19,788 nucleotides of DNA from an uncultured Myxococcales bacterium (GTDB lineage: Bacteria > Myxococcota > UBA4151): the NCBI GenBank assembly GCA_964013405.1, contig CAXGWI010000059.1, positions 1 to 19,788 of the forward strand, given 5' to 3'. Of the stretch, positions 1-8,198 are shown in pieces; the first letter of the stretch is position 1, and each line of letters starts with the position of its first letter. A program made the translations under genes and the position numbers. Below the pieces are notes generated by a model. The model did not search any database. It was not told where the DNA came from and saw nothing but the letters and a program-made list of their open reading frames with translations.

Positions 1-363
1 GGGTCTTCCGAGCCAATGCCACCGCTCCGCTTGCAGCCGCAGCCCAAAGACGGCGATGGGCTGGAACTCCACATGGGCTGCCGTCGTGGTGGTGAAGGTT
101 GACGTCCCAGCCGACAGGCCACCTTGAACATAGAGCTTGTCCCACAGTGGGTTCGCATCTCGGCGGTACACGTGACGGTAGCGTCCCTCCAGTTGACTGG
201 TGCCGATCAGAGGGCCCAAGCCCAAAATTGTGGTCCAGTTGAGTCCCAGGGCCGGTTCTTTTTTTGGGGTAGTGACCGGTCCTGCGTTGGATTCAGCCCG
301 CAGCGACGCCGGGCAGATCAGGATCAAGGCGATCGTTAGTGAAAGCGCTAAAGCCCGATTCAA
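1..363 (-). CDS. Secreted hypothetical protein, 3' end truncated by the window edge (possible outer-membrane beta-strand protein); absent from the ORF track
   Basis: Manual translation from TTG (363-361) is open to the window edge: MNRALALSLTIALILICPASLRAESNAGPVTTPKKEPALGLNWTTILGLGPLIGTSQLEGRYRHVYRRDANPLWDKLYVQGGLSAGTSTFTTTTAAHVEFQPIAVFGLRLQAERWHWLGRP. AAGGAGG Shine-Dalgarno 6 nt upstream. The TTG overlaps the DMT stop (TTGA). N-terminus looks like a signal peptide. Confidence 0.8.
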   Translation of the reverse strand, partial: MNRALALSLTIALILICPASLRAESNAGPVTTPKKEPALGLNWTTILGLGPLIGTSQLEGRYRHVYRRDANPLWDKLYVQGGLSAGTSTFTTTTAAHVEFQPIAVFGLRLQAERWHWLGRP

Positions 364-1352
364 ATCCCGCCTCCTTGACCATTTTCCATGGCTTCGCCGC
401 CGTTCTCGACCGTTGCCCCTGCCTTGCGCTCCTTGAGCTTTTCGATGACTTCGACGGCCACATTCCCGAGCAGGACCAGGCCAGAGCCCGCGAGAAACCA
501 GGAACTCAACTCCTCCTTACCATAGGCCAGGGAGATGATCGCGGCGAAGACGGGCTCGAGGGAAAACAGAATGGCGGCTCGGACCGGATCCAGCTCCCGT
601 TGGTAGTAATTCAGCAGGCTTAGGGCGACAGCGGTGCCGAGGATACAACAGCAGGCGAGGGGCCAGGCAAAGGAAGCCGTGCTCAGCAATTGCGTGATTT
701 GCTCCAGGCTCACGCTCGGGTGCAATCGCCATTGGACGGCAAAGAGCGCCAGGCAGCCGATACCGACAAAGAAGAAGGAGGTGGCGGTGACGGTCAGTGG
801 ATCGTGGCGCTTCGTCACGTAGTCCGTCGACAGGATGTGCCCCGCAAAGAAGAGACCACACAAAACGGTCAGCCACTCGGGGAGGTCGAAGTTTAACTGG
901 GGCGGGCCACTGATGATGGAGGCGCCCAGGGTCACCATGAGGACACCGACGACCAGGATCTTCGACATGCCTCGCCGGCCCAAAAGGAAGCCGAGTAATG
1001 CGGTGAAGGGGACGTAGAGGCTGGTAAGAAATGCGGAGACTGCCGGACTGACGCCCTCGAGGCCGAACATCTGCAACAGGAAGCCAGCGAGCACAAAACC
1101 AGCCAGAATGGCACCGCCTTGCCAGTTGCCCCGCTGCCCGAGTCCCTGTCGGGCCCTTTGGGAAAAAGCGGGAATCATGAAAGCGGCCGGCAGGAATCGC
1201 AGCATCATAAATAAAGCGATGTAGACCGCGGCGTTGTCAGCACCCAGGAGGGCCTGACCCGCCTCCGTCGCCTGCTTCATCCAGACAAAGGTCCAACCCC
1301 AAATCAGGGCGACGACCAACAAGGCAAGAGTGGCGCGCTGGGTCGGTGGCAC
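360..1352 (-). CDS. EamA/DMT family (drug/metabolite) transporter
   Basis: About 10 hydrophobic segments in two repeats. Motifs LIWGWTFVWMK, LRF, GFLLQMFGL, SAFLTSLYVPFT, RAAILFSLEPVFAA. GTG start with GGAGG upstream. Confidence 0.92.
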   Translation of the reverse strand: MPPTQRATLALLVVALIWGWTFVWMKQATEAGQALLGADNAAVYIALFMMLRFLPAAFMIPAFSQRARQGLGQRGNWQGGAILAGFVLAGFLLQMFGLEGVSPAVSAFLTSLYVPFTALLGFLLGRRGMSKILVVGVLMVTLGASIISGPPQLNFDLPEWLTVLCGLFFAGHILSTDYVTKRHDPLTVTATSFFFVGIGCLALFAVQWRLHPSVSLEQITQLLSTASFAWPLACCCILGTAVALSLLNYYQRELDPVRAAILFSLEPVFAAIISLAYGKEELSSWFLAGSGLVLLGNVAVEVIEKLKERKAGATVENGGEAMENGQGGGI

Positions 1353-1401
1353 GGGCGCCTCCCATCACGGGCGCCCTTCCACGACTTCGCCGAGGGAGCA
1401 A

Positions 1402-2112
1402 CTACAGAAGCGTTGTGACCTCGAGTTCCCAATCCCCGGCTTCAGCGCAGAGCGTGACCGGACATCGATCTAGCGTGAGGCTGTGGAGGCGCCACTTGCT
1501 GTGGACCTCTGGATCTTGATCCCAGCAGGCCAGACCGGCCTCTGCTTCAGGGTCGCCGGTCACTGCGAAGGAAGAGAGGGGGAGGTCTAGCCCCACGCCG
1601 ATGGCTTTGAGCCAGGCTTCTTTCTGGGTCCAAATCCGAAAGAAAACCTCTCGATGGGCCTCGTGCTCAAGATGGGCGAGGCGATCTTGTTCGAGGGGAT
1701 GGAAGAAGCGCTCGGCAAAGCGGTAGCGATCCAGTGCTCGCTCCGGTTGCTCCACATCCACCCCAACCAGCCGTTCACGGCTTGCTGCGATCACGGTCAG
1801 ACCGGGGCAATGACTTAAGTTGAAGAGCAAGCCACTGGCCCAATGGCTGCCAGCAAGGAAGGGCTTGCCGTGGGGGCCGGTGCCAATGACGATCTCTTGG
1901 GGGCTGGCGCTGAGGGCCTGGGCCAGGGCGGTCCGCAGGAAGGCCCGGGCATAGGCGAAGCGGCTACCGGCCTCTTCGACGAGGATCCGTTGGGCCCGGG
2001 CCTGTTCCCGCGGCTCGAGGACCTCATCTGGTCGCAGGTGGCGCCGCAGCCATGGATCGCTGGCCGCCACCAGATGAATCCGATCGGCCTCGGGCATGTC
2101 GAGTAGTTTCAC
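1402..2112 (-). CDS. Sfp-type 4'-phosphopantetheinyl transferase
   Basis: GPHGKP, FNLSHC, VGVDVE and FFRIWTQKEAWLKAIGVGL motifs; about 236 aa, typical of the Sfp type. The start could alternatively be the ATG at 2097. Confidence 0.93.
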   Translation of the reverse strand: MKLLDMPEADRIHLVAASDPWLRRHLRPDEVLEPREQARAQRILVEEAGSRFAYARAFLRTALAQALSASPQEIVIGTGPHGKPFLAGSHWASGLLFNLSHCPGLTVIAASRERLVGVDVEQPERALDRYRFAERFFHPLEQDRLAHLEHEAHREVFFRIWTQKEAWLKAIGVGLDLPLSSFAVTGDPEAEAGLACWDQDPEVHSKWRLHSLTLDRCPVTLCAEAGDWELEVTTLL

Positions 2113-2126
2113 CGGTGGGCTAACCC

Positions 2127-2155
2127 TTGAGCGGATGGTTTCCGCTGGCTACCCT
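2127..2155 (+). promoter_or_regulatory. Putative sigma70-type promoter for the monooxygenase operon, with an inverted repeat overlapping it
   Basis: TTGAGC (2127-2132), 17-nt spacer, TACCCT (2150-2155). Inverted repeat AGCGGA-N5-TCCGCT at 2130-2146. Confidence 0.4.
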
Positions 2156-2179
2156 TGCCAAGCCGAAGGGAGGGCGTCC

Positions 2180-3571
2180 ATGGCGCACTGGTTGCGCATC
2201 CTGCCTGTCTTGGCCCTTTGTGGCTGTCCGGCTGGGGTGCCTCAGGTCACCCCAGACGCAGCCCCCGGACGCCCAAGCGTGGCCCCAGACGGAGGCCTGG
2301 CCCCAGCGAGCGATGGTGGTGCTGACGCCCCTTTGTTTACCTGGCATCGAGACCTTCAGCCTCTCTTTTATCGCCGCTGTCAAAGTTGTCACCGACCGGG
2401 GGCCATCGGCCCCTTCGATTTAAGTCACTACGATCAAGTGGTGGCCTTGGCCCCCATGGTCGAGGATGCCATCGTTGGTCGGCGCATGCCGCCCTGGAAG
2501 GCCGGTGCGGACTGCAATAGCTACGAGGGCGATATCAGCCTCAGCGATGATGAGATCGGCATGGTTCAGTGGTGGGTCGCCGATGGTATGCCCGAAGGCG
2601 ACCCCAGTGAGGCCCAGCCGGCCCCTCCCTTTCCTGAGCAAGCCCTCTCCAGGCATGATCTCATCCTCGAGCCACCGGAACCGTACCTGCCCACCCGGCG
2701 CCCCGATGATTACCGCTGCTTCGTTCTCGATTGGCCCGAGACCCGCCGGCGCTTCATTACGGGTTTTGAGGCCCTGCCTGGCGACCCTCAGCTCGTTCAT
2801 CATGTGATCGCGTTCCGGATTAGCGCAGCCAAGCGTCAGCAAATCCTCGATCGGGACGAGCGGGAGCCCGGGCTAGGTTATACCTGTTTCGGTAGCCCGG
2901 GCGTGATCGAAGAAGAGGGCACATGGTGGCTCGGTTCCTGGGCCCCTGGCTTTGTCCTCGCAGGGAGTGTGGGGGCCGAATTGCCGCCCGGGCTTGGTTT
3001 GGCCATGGAGCCAGGAGATACGGTGGTGATTCAGGTACACTACAATACCACGGTGCTCGAGCCGCGGCCCGACCGGACGCGGGTGGCTTTTATGTTGGAG
3101 GACGAGGTGGAAAAGCCGAGTCGCTGGCTTCCCTTCGCCGATCCGGATTGGATCTGGGGATCGGAGATGCCGATACCGGCCGGGGAAGCCGATGTTCGCC
3201 ACGAGTTCCAGGTTGATCCGACTCTTTTTCCCCCGGTGTCCGATGGGCGCCCATTCCTCATTCATGATGTCGGCTTGCACATGCACCTGCTCGGGCGATC
3301 CATTCGCTTGGAAGTCCTCAATCAGGAGGGCCCGCCGAGTTGTTTGCTGGATGTCCCGGATTGGGATTTCAATTGGCAGCCCGCGGCTCGTTTGGCCCAG
3401 CCCCATTTGTTTCGCCCCGGGGATCAACTGAGGATGGCCTGCCAGTGGGACAACTCCCAGGCAAACCAGCCGAGCCTCAACGGGGAAATCCTCAGTCCCC
3501 AGGATCAGAATTGGGGCGATGGGACCACCGATGAGATGTGCCTCGGGCTCATGCTGATCTCGACCCAATGA
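2180..3571 (+). CDS. Lipoprotein with a c-type heme domain and a copper type II (PHM/DBH-like, ascorbate-dependent family) monooxygenase domain
   Basis: Start moved to ATG 2180 (GGGAGGG SD; avoids overlap with the PPTase). Lipobox-like LALCGC. CQSCH heme motif (2378-2392) and RMPPW candidate distal Met. Copper ligand motifs VHHV (His 2798-2803), QVHY (His 3038), LHMH (3278-3286) and DEMC (Met 3536). DDYRCF and WDFNWQ motifs. Confidence 0.88.
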   Translation: MAHWLRILPVLALCGCPAGVPQVTPDAAPGRPSVAPDGGLAPASDGGADAPLFTWHRDLQPLFYRRCQSCHRPGAIGPFDLSHYDQVVALAPMVEDAIVGRRMPPWKAGADCNSYEGDISLSDDEIGMVQWWVADGMPEGDPSEAQPAPPFPEQALSRHDLILEPPEPYLPTRRPDDYRCFVLDWPETRRRFITGFEALPGDPQLVHHVIAFRISAAKRQQILDRDEREPGLGYTCFGSPGVIEEEGTWWLGSWAPGFVLAGSVGAELPPGLGLAMEPGDTVVIQVHYNTTVLEPRPDRTRVAFMLEDEVEKPSRWLPFADPDWIWGSEMPIPAGEADVRHEFQVDPTLFPPVSDGRPFLIHDVGLHMHLLGRSIRLEVLNQEGPPSCLLDVPDWDFNWQPAARLAQPHLFRPGDQLRMACQWDNSQANQPSLNGEILSPQDQNWGDGTTDEMCLGLMLISTQ

Positions 3572-4782
3572 GGACGCTGTTTCCCCCAGTGATTCTGGCG
3601 ATGAGTTGGAGTCTCGCAGCCTGTAGTGGCTGTAAGTCCTTTTTGGTCACCACGCTGAGCCCGGAATACGAAGCGCTCGCCGCACCGCCGAGCTCCGATC
3701 GCCGGGTGGACTTTCTCGAGCTGGCCGATGGCTACCAGCAGGTGACTGATCTGAAGTTTCTGCCCTCCCAGCCCAATGTCATCATGGTGCTTGAGCAGAA
3801 GGGGCCGCTCCGTTGGCTCGACCTGAACACAAAGAAAAAGGGGCAATGGACTCAATTCGAGGTGGTCCATGCCGCTGAGCAAGGGGCCCTCGGCTTGGCT
3901 TTTCACCCCCGCTTCGAAGCGAATGGGTCCTTCATTTTGAATCGGACGGTTGTGTCTAAGGGCCGGGATGTGAGTCGTATTGAGCACTGGCAGGTGCGGC
4001 CGGGCTGCCCCGTGGCGGCCTGCAAACCGAAACAAGTCAGCATCCTTCTGGAGGTGGAGCAGCCCTACGCCAATCACAACGGTGGACAAGTGGCCTTCGG
4101 ACCCGATGGTTTCCTCTACATCGGCTTTGGTGATGGTGGATGGCGGGGAGACCCAGACGGTCATGGCCAAAACCCTGCGACCCTTCTCGGCTCCATGCTG
4201 CGCATTGATGTGGACCGAAAGAGTCCGGGTAAGAACTACGCGGTGCCCGCGGACAATCCGGGCCGGCGAATGAAGGGGGCTGCCCCGGAACTGTTCGCCT
4301 ACGGTCTGCGCAACCCCTGGCGCTACAGCTTCGATCCAGCAGGCCGGCTTCTGGTGGCCGATGTGGGCCAGGATCACTTTGAAGAGGTGCACATCGTTGA
4401 ACCGGGTGCGAACTTGGGCTGGCCGATCCGGGAAGCCAGCCATTGTTACGAGCCGAGAACGGGTTGCCGAAGCCAGGGTTTAACCAACCCGATTTTCGAA
4501 TTACCCCGGGTGGAGGCTGCTTCCATTACCGGAGGCTACGTGTCCTTGGGGCCGGGAATTCCCTGGCTCCATGGTCGCTATATCGTTGGCGACTTTCTCA
4601 CCGGCGGCCTGTGGGCTTTGGAGCTTCCCGAAAGCCCATCGTCTCAAGCTAAGGCCCAGAAGTTGGGTGTTTTTCCCTATCGGTTTAGTACCTTCGCACG
4701 GGACCCGGCCGGCGAGATTTACAGCGCGGGTTATACGAGCGGTAAGTTATTGAAACTCATACCGAAACTGGAAAAACGCTGA
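3568..4782 (+). CDS. Glucose/sorbosone dehydrogenase (GSDH, PQQ-dependent sugar dehydrogenase family) beta-propeller lipoprotein
   Basis: ATG 3568 overlaps the upstream stop (ATGA). Lipobox SLAAC. Motifs EQGALGLAFHPRF, NHNGGQVAFGPDGFLYIGFGDGG, LLGSMLRIDVD, YGLRNPWRYSFD, DVGQ..EEV, NLGWP, SITGGYV. Confidence 0.9.
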   Translation: MRTLFPPVILAMSWSLAACSGCKSFLVTTLSPEYEALAAPPSSDRRVDFLELADGYQQVTDLKFLPSQPNVIMVLEQKGPLRWLDLNTKKKGQWTQFEVVHAAEQGALGLAFHPRFEANGSFILNRTVVSKGRDVSRIEHWQVRPGCPVAACKPKQVSILLEVEQPYANHNGGQVAFGPDGFLYIGFGDGGWRGDPDGHGQNPATLLGSMLRIDVDRKSPGKNYAVPADNPGRRMKGAAPELFAYGLRNPWRYSFDPAGRLLVADVGQDHFEEVHIVEPGANLGWPIREASHCYEPRTGCRSQGLTNPIFELPRVEAASITGGYVSLGPGIPWLHGRYIVGDFLTGGLWALELPESPSSQAKAQKLGVFPYRFSTFARDPAGEIYSAGYTSGKLLKLIPKLEKR

Positions 4783-4807
4783 CCTTCTGGGGCGGTGGGC
4801 CTAAGCT
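4779..4807 (+). promoter_or_regulatory. Putative sigma70-type promoter for the cyclase gene
   Basis: CTGACC (4779-4784), 17-nt spacer, TAAGCT (4802-4807), followed by a GAGGG SD and TTG at 4827. Confidence 0.35.
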
Positions 4808-4826
4808 AGGGACGGTCGAGGGTCTT

Positions 4827-7800
4827 TTGACGAGTTTTTGTGCATTATGTGGCGAATCACTGACGCGGGGCCAGGCCCGATGCGGTGGTTGTTCGGCGCT
4901 GTTGATTTGGCAAGTCTCCTGTACCGGTTGTGGTGTTACCCAGCCGCCATCACCCCATTGCGTCGCATGTGCCCAACCACTTCAGCAGATCATCCGTGCC
5001 GTCACGGCCCAGGCTGAGGATGCATTCGTCACCATTCCCATCAGGCCTGCCCGACCAGCGTCCGCACCAAGGCTAGAGGGGCAGTTAACCGCCTTGCCTC
5101 AACTCGCCCCGCCAGCGCAGCCAAGTCCTCAGGAGCCCGTCTCCCTGCTTCCCGCAGTTCCGGTCACGGAGGAGGTTTCTGCCTCGTTGCCGCCGGTGAT
5201 CGTCGAAGCACCCGTCCAAGAGCGCAGCGGGGCCGTGGCCGGTCATGAACGCCTGTCCAGCGCGAAGCCGGATGTTCTTGCTGATCGCCGTATCGCGACC
5301 GTGCTCTTTGCCGATGTGATTGGGTTTACTGCCTTGTCCGAAGCCCTGGAGCCGGATGTGGTCGCGGAGCTGATTAACCAGTGCTTTACCGGGATGACGC
5401 AAGCCGTGCTTCGGCGCGGGGGCACCGTCGATAAATACATGGGTGATGCCATTATGGCTGTCTTTGGTGCGCCTGTGGGCCATCTCGATGATCCGGACCG
5501 AGCGGTGACGGCAGCTGTGGAAATGCAGGATTGGCTGCAGGATTATTCGCAGCGAAGTCAGCGCTCGGGCGGACCGGAGGTGATGGTTCGAGTAGGCGTA
5601 CACACGGGCGAAGTTCTCGCCGGGGCGATCGGGGCTGAAGGCCACGCAGCCTACACGGTGATTGGCGATACCGTGAATGTGGCTTCACGGATCGAGGCGG
5701 CCGCCGACCCAGGCACGGTCTTGATCAGTGAGTCGACCTTCCGAAGACTGAGAGGGTCCTACGATTCGGAGCCCCAGGAGCCCTTGGTGGTTAAAGGGCA
5801 GTCGAAGCCCTTGTCCGTCCATCGGATCACCAAGGTGCACCGCAAACAAAAAACGGTCGGCCGGGCGGTCACCGTCGGCTTTGAAAAGCCCTTGGGCCAG
5901 ATCATGGATAAGATCGAGCGCATCCTCTCTGGCGAGCCGGATCGGCTCATGGAAATCCGCGCCGATCCGGGCATGGGGACCTGGAATTTGATCGAGGCTT
6001 CCCGGGACATCATCGAGAGCCAGGGGGGGCGCTCCTATGTGCTCAGCGCACGGAGCGATACACGCCTGCTGGCGATGGCGCCCTTCAAGAGCCTCCTCCA
6101 GACCGTGGCCGGACTCGACCAGGAAGCGCCGTCCCCCTTTCAACGAGATCAACTCACGTTGTGGCTTCGGCAGCATTTCGCCAAGGATGATGAGCGGAGC
6201 GCACAGGCCGGACTCCGGTATTGGGATGCCATCTTTTTTGGTCAGGATGGTCCCTCTGAGCCGCTACGCCAGGGGGCCCGGGCCAGCGCCTTCGCCCAGA
6301 TGAAACGATATCTGGCCCGGCAGAGTGCGGAGAAGCCTCTGCTGCTCGTCTTTGAGCGGATCGAGGATTTCGACTCGGCCAGTCTCGAGTTCGTCGCTGA
6401 GATGGCCCGAGATGGGGATTTGGAGAAGTTGGTGCTGCTGGCAACAACTCGACGGCCGGTGGCGACTTGGACGGGAGATGAACCGCTCCGTACGGTGATT
6501 TATCCGCCTCGACTTAATCACGATGATGCCCGCCGGTGGATGGCGTCCTATCTGGGGTTACAGGCGGTTCCCGCGGAGGATTGGGTCAATGATGTGGTTC
6601 GGACGGCCGGTGGCGGCAGTGGCCGTCTCGCTCGGATCTGCGATGAACTGGTCCGCAGTGGCGTCTTGCGGATCGACGATGGGCAGGCTGTGATCCAGGG
6701 CGAGTTCGACCGAAGCGCTGAGCTGCAGTCGAGCCTGCGTGAACTGGTTCAGGTTCGCATCGACCGACTTCCTGAGGACGGCCTGAAGGTCTTGCGCGTC
6801 GCTTCCATCCTAAGAACATCTGCCCCCCAATCCGTCTTCCTCGATCTGCTTCCGGAGATTGGGCCGGAAGAGATGCACAAGGGGATCGCTCGACTCACCG
6901 CTGAGGGGCTTTTGGCCATCGAACGGGGAACGGGGCGGCTCCGTGTGCCAGCCTCTCGAATCAGTGAGGCTGTTCGGCAGTCCATTCCGGCCAAGGTCCG
7001 TCAGGCCTATGCCGAACGGGGCTACGCGGCCTTTGGCCAACTCACGGGTGTGGAGGCCCATGACCCGGTCGTGATGGCCGAACTTGCGCTCGATGCAGGC
7101 CGGCGAGAGGACGCGGTGACTTGGTTTCGCAAGGCCGCCCAGCGGGCCCGTCTGACCCTCGCTTTTAGGGAGGCAACGGACCTGTGTCATCGCGTCCTAG
7201 GGATCACTTCAGATCCCCAGGTTCGTATCAAGATGATGTGCCGTCTTGGCTGGCTGGCCTTGGACATGGGCGATTACGAGGTTGCACGGGCCCGCGGCCA
7301 GGCTGCGATTGAGCTGGTGGAAGACACCGAAGATCGCATCGATATGGGGGTGTTGGTGACTCGCTGTGATCTGGCCTTGGACGATTATGAGAGCGCCAGA
7401 TCCTCTTTGAGTGAAGTCACGCGGTTTCTCCCCGACAGTGGTTTTGAACTGGAACGGGTCCGCTTGGCCGGCTTGGATGCTCGGATTGACCTGGGCCAAG
7501 GGGAACTCGACCGGGCCAAGGGAGTCTTCGAGTCCGCCCTTGAGAAGGCGAGAGACCTGCCCGAGACCACGGAGACCCGTGACCTCGTGGTCGAGTTACT
7601 CAACCAAAAGATCGTCGTGGAGCAGCGACTTGGTCACCTCGAGGCGAGTCTCGCGTCCGCCACGGAGGCTTTTGAGCGCATGGGTGAGCATGGCGACCCA
7701 GTCCTCCTCGGTCGACTCCATCAGGCGGCAGCCCAGGTCTACGAAGGCCTTCGTGACCTGGAAGGGGCCCGCCGTGAGACCGAATTGGCGATTCGCTATG

Positions 7801-8198
7801 CACAGCAGGTCAACAACCCCACGGCCTTGGCCTCCCGCTACATGAACCTCTGTACCTACGAGATGCGCCTGGGTCAGACGGAGGCAGCGAAGCAAAGCCT
7901 CGTTCGAGCGGATCACTTTCTCAGCAACTCGCGGGCAAGATGGCTAGGCGTTCCTCTCTATATCACCCAGTTGCATGTGGCCGTTCGCAGTGATGACCTG
8001 CAATTGCTCCAAGATGGCCTGGCGAAGTTGCCAGCAGCCATGGAGGCTGCGCCGAACGCCAGTGTTCTGGAGCGGGCCGTGGGGGAATTGAACGAGTTGG
8101 CGAAACTTGCGGCGGAAGGTGGCGCAACGCAGGCGGCCATTGGCGACTTGCTGCGCCTGGCCCGTTCTTTTGCTGGTGGCGGTCCGACCTCTAGCTAG
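4827..8198 (+). CDS. Double zinc ribbon, class III adenylate cyclase, degenerate STAND (AAA_16-like) NTPase and TPR-like helical repeats
   Basis: Four CxxC pairs (CALC, CGGC, CTGC, CVAC) and a Pro-rich linker. Cyclase motifs VLFADVIGFTALSE, VDKYMGDAIMAVFGAP, RVGVHTGEV, YTVIGDTVNVASRIE. STAND-like region with LRELVQVRIDRLP..LRVASIL. C-terminal Ala/Leu-rich helical repeats. Confidence 0.9.
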   Translation: MTSFCALCGESLTRGQARCGGCSALLIWQVSCTGCGVTQPPSPHCVACAQPLQQIIRAVTAQAEDAFVTIPIRPARPASAPRLEGQLTALPQLAPPAQPSPQEPVSLLPAVPVTEEVSASLPPVIVEAPVQERSGAVAGHERLSSAKPDVLADRRIATVLFADVIGFTALSEALEPDVVAELINQCFTGMTQAVLRRGGTVDKYMGDAIMAVFGAPVGHLDDPDRAVTAAVEMQDWLQDYSQRSQRSGGPEVMVRVGVHTGEVLAGAIGAEGHAAYTVIGDTVNVASRIEAAADPGTVLISESTFRRLRGSYDSEPQEPLVVKGQSKPLSVHRITKVHRKQKTVGRAVTVGFEKPLGQIMDKIERILSGEPDRLMEIRADPGMGTWNLIEASRDIIESQGGRSYVLSARSDTRLLAMAPFKSLLQTVAGLDQEAPSPFQRDQLTLWLRQHFAKDDERSAQAGLRYWDAIFFGQDGPSEPLRQGARASAFAQMKRYLARQSAEKPLLLVFERIEDFDSASLEFVAEMARDGDLEKLVLLATTRRPVATWTGDEPLRTVIYPPRLNHDDARRWMASYLGLQAVPAEDWVNDVVRTAGGGSGRLARICDELVRSGVLRIDDGQAVIQGEFDRSAELQSSLRELVQVRIDRLPEDGLKVLRVASILRTSAPQSVFLDLLPEIGPEEMHKGIARLTAEGLLAIERGTGRLRVPASRISEAVRQSIPAKVRQAYAERGYAAFGQLTGVEAHDPVVMAELALDAGRREDAVTWFRKAAQRARLTLAFREATDLCHRVLGITSDPQVRIKMMCRLGWLALDMGDYEVARARGQAAIELVEDTEDRIDMGVLVTRCDLALDDYESARSSLSEVTRFLPDSGFELERVRLAGLDARIDLGQGELDRAKGVFESALEKARDLPETTETRDLVVELLNQKIVVEQRLGHLEASLASATEAFERMGEHGDPVLLGRLHQAAAQVYEGLRDLEGARRETELAIRYAQQVNNPTALASRYMNLCTYEMRLGQTEAAKQSLVRADHFLSNSRARWLGVPLYITQLHVAVRSDDLQLLQDGLAKLPAAMEAAPNASVLERAVGELNELAKLAAEGGATQAAIGDLLRLARSFAGGGPTSS

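Noticed and set aside
124..623. Short plus-strand ORFs at the left edge
   Set aside because: Better explained by the minus-strand DMT gene and the SD-supported secreted protein gene at 1-363.
1350..1375. 10-bp direct repeat CACGGGCGCC with a 16-bp period at the DMT start
   Set aside because: Too short and GC-rich to support a target-site duplication or operator, and no mobile element is nearby.
2096..2179. N-terminal extension of the monooxygenase ORF in the track
   Set aside because: It overlaps the divergent PPTase start and the predicted promoter. ATG 2180 has an SD and puts the signal peptide at the N-terminus.
3505..4443. 312-aa minus-strand ORF and other long antisense ORFs (2873-3568, 13546-14220, 5085-5645)
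   Set aside because: They lie opposite well-supported genes, have no recognisable motifs, and are expected in high-GC DNA.
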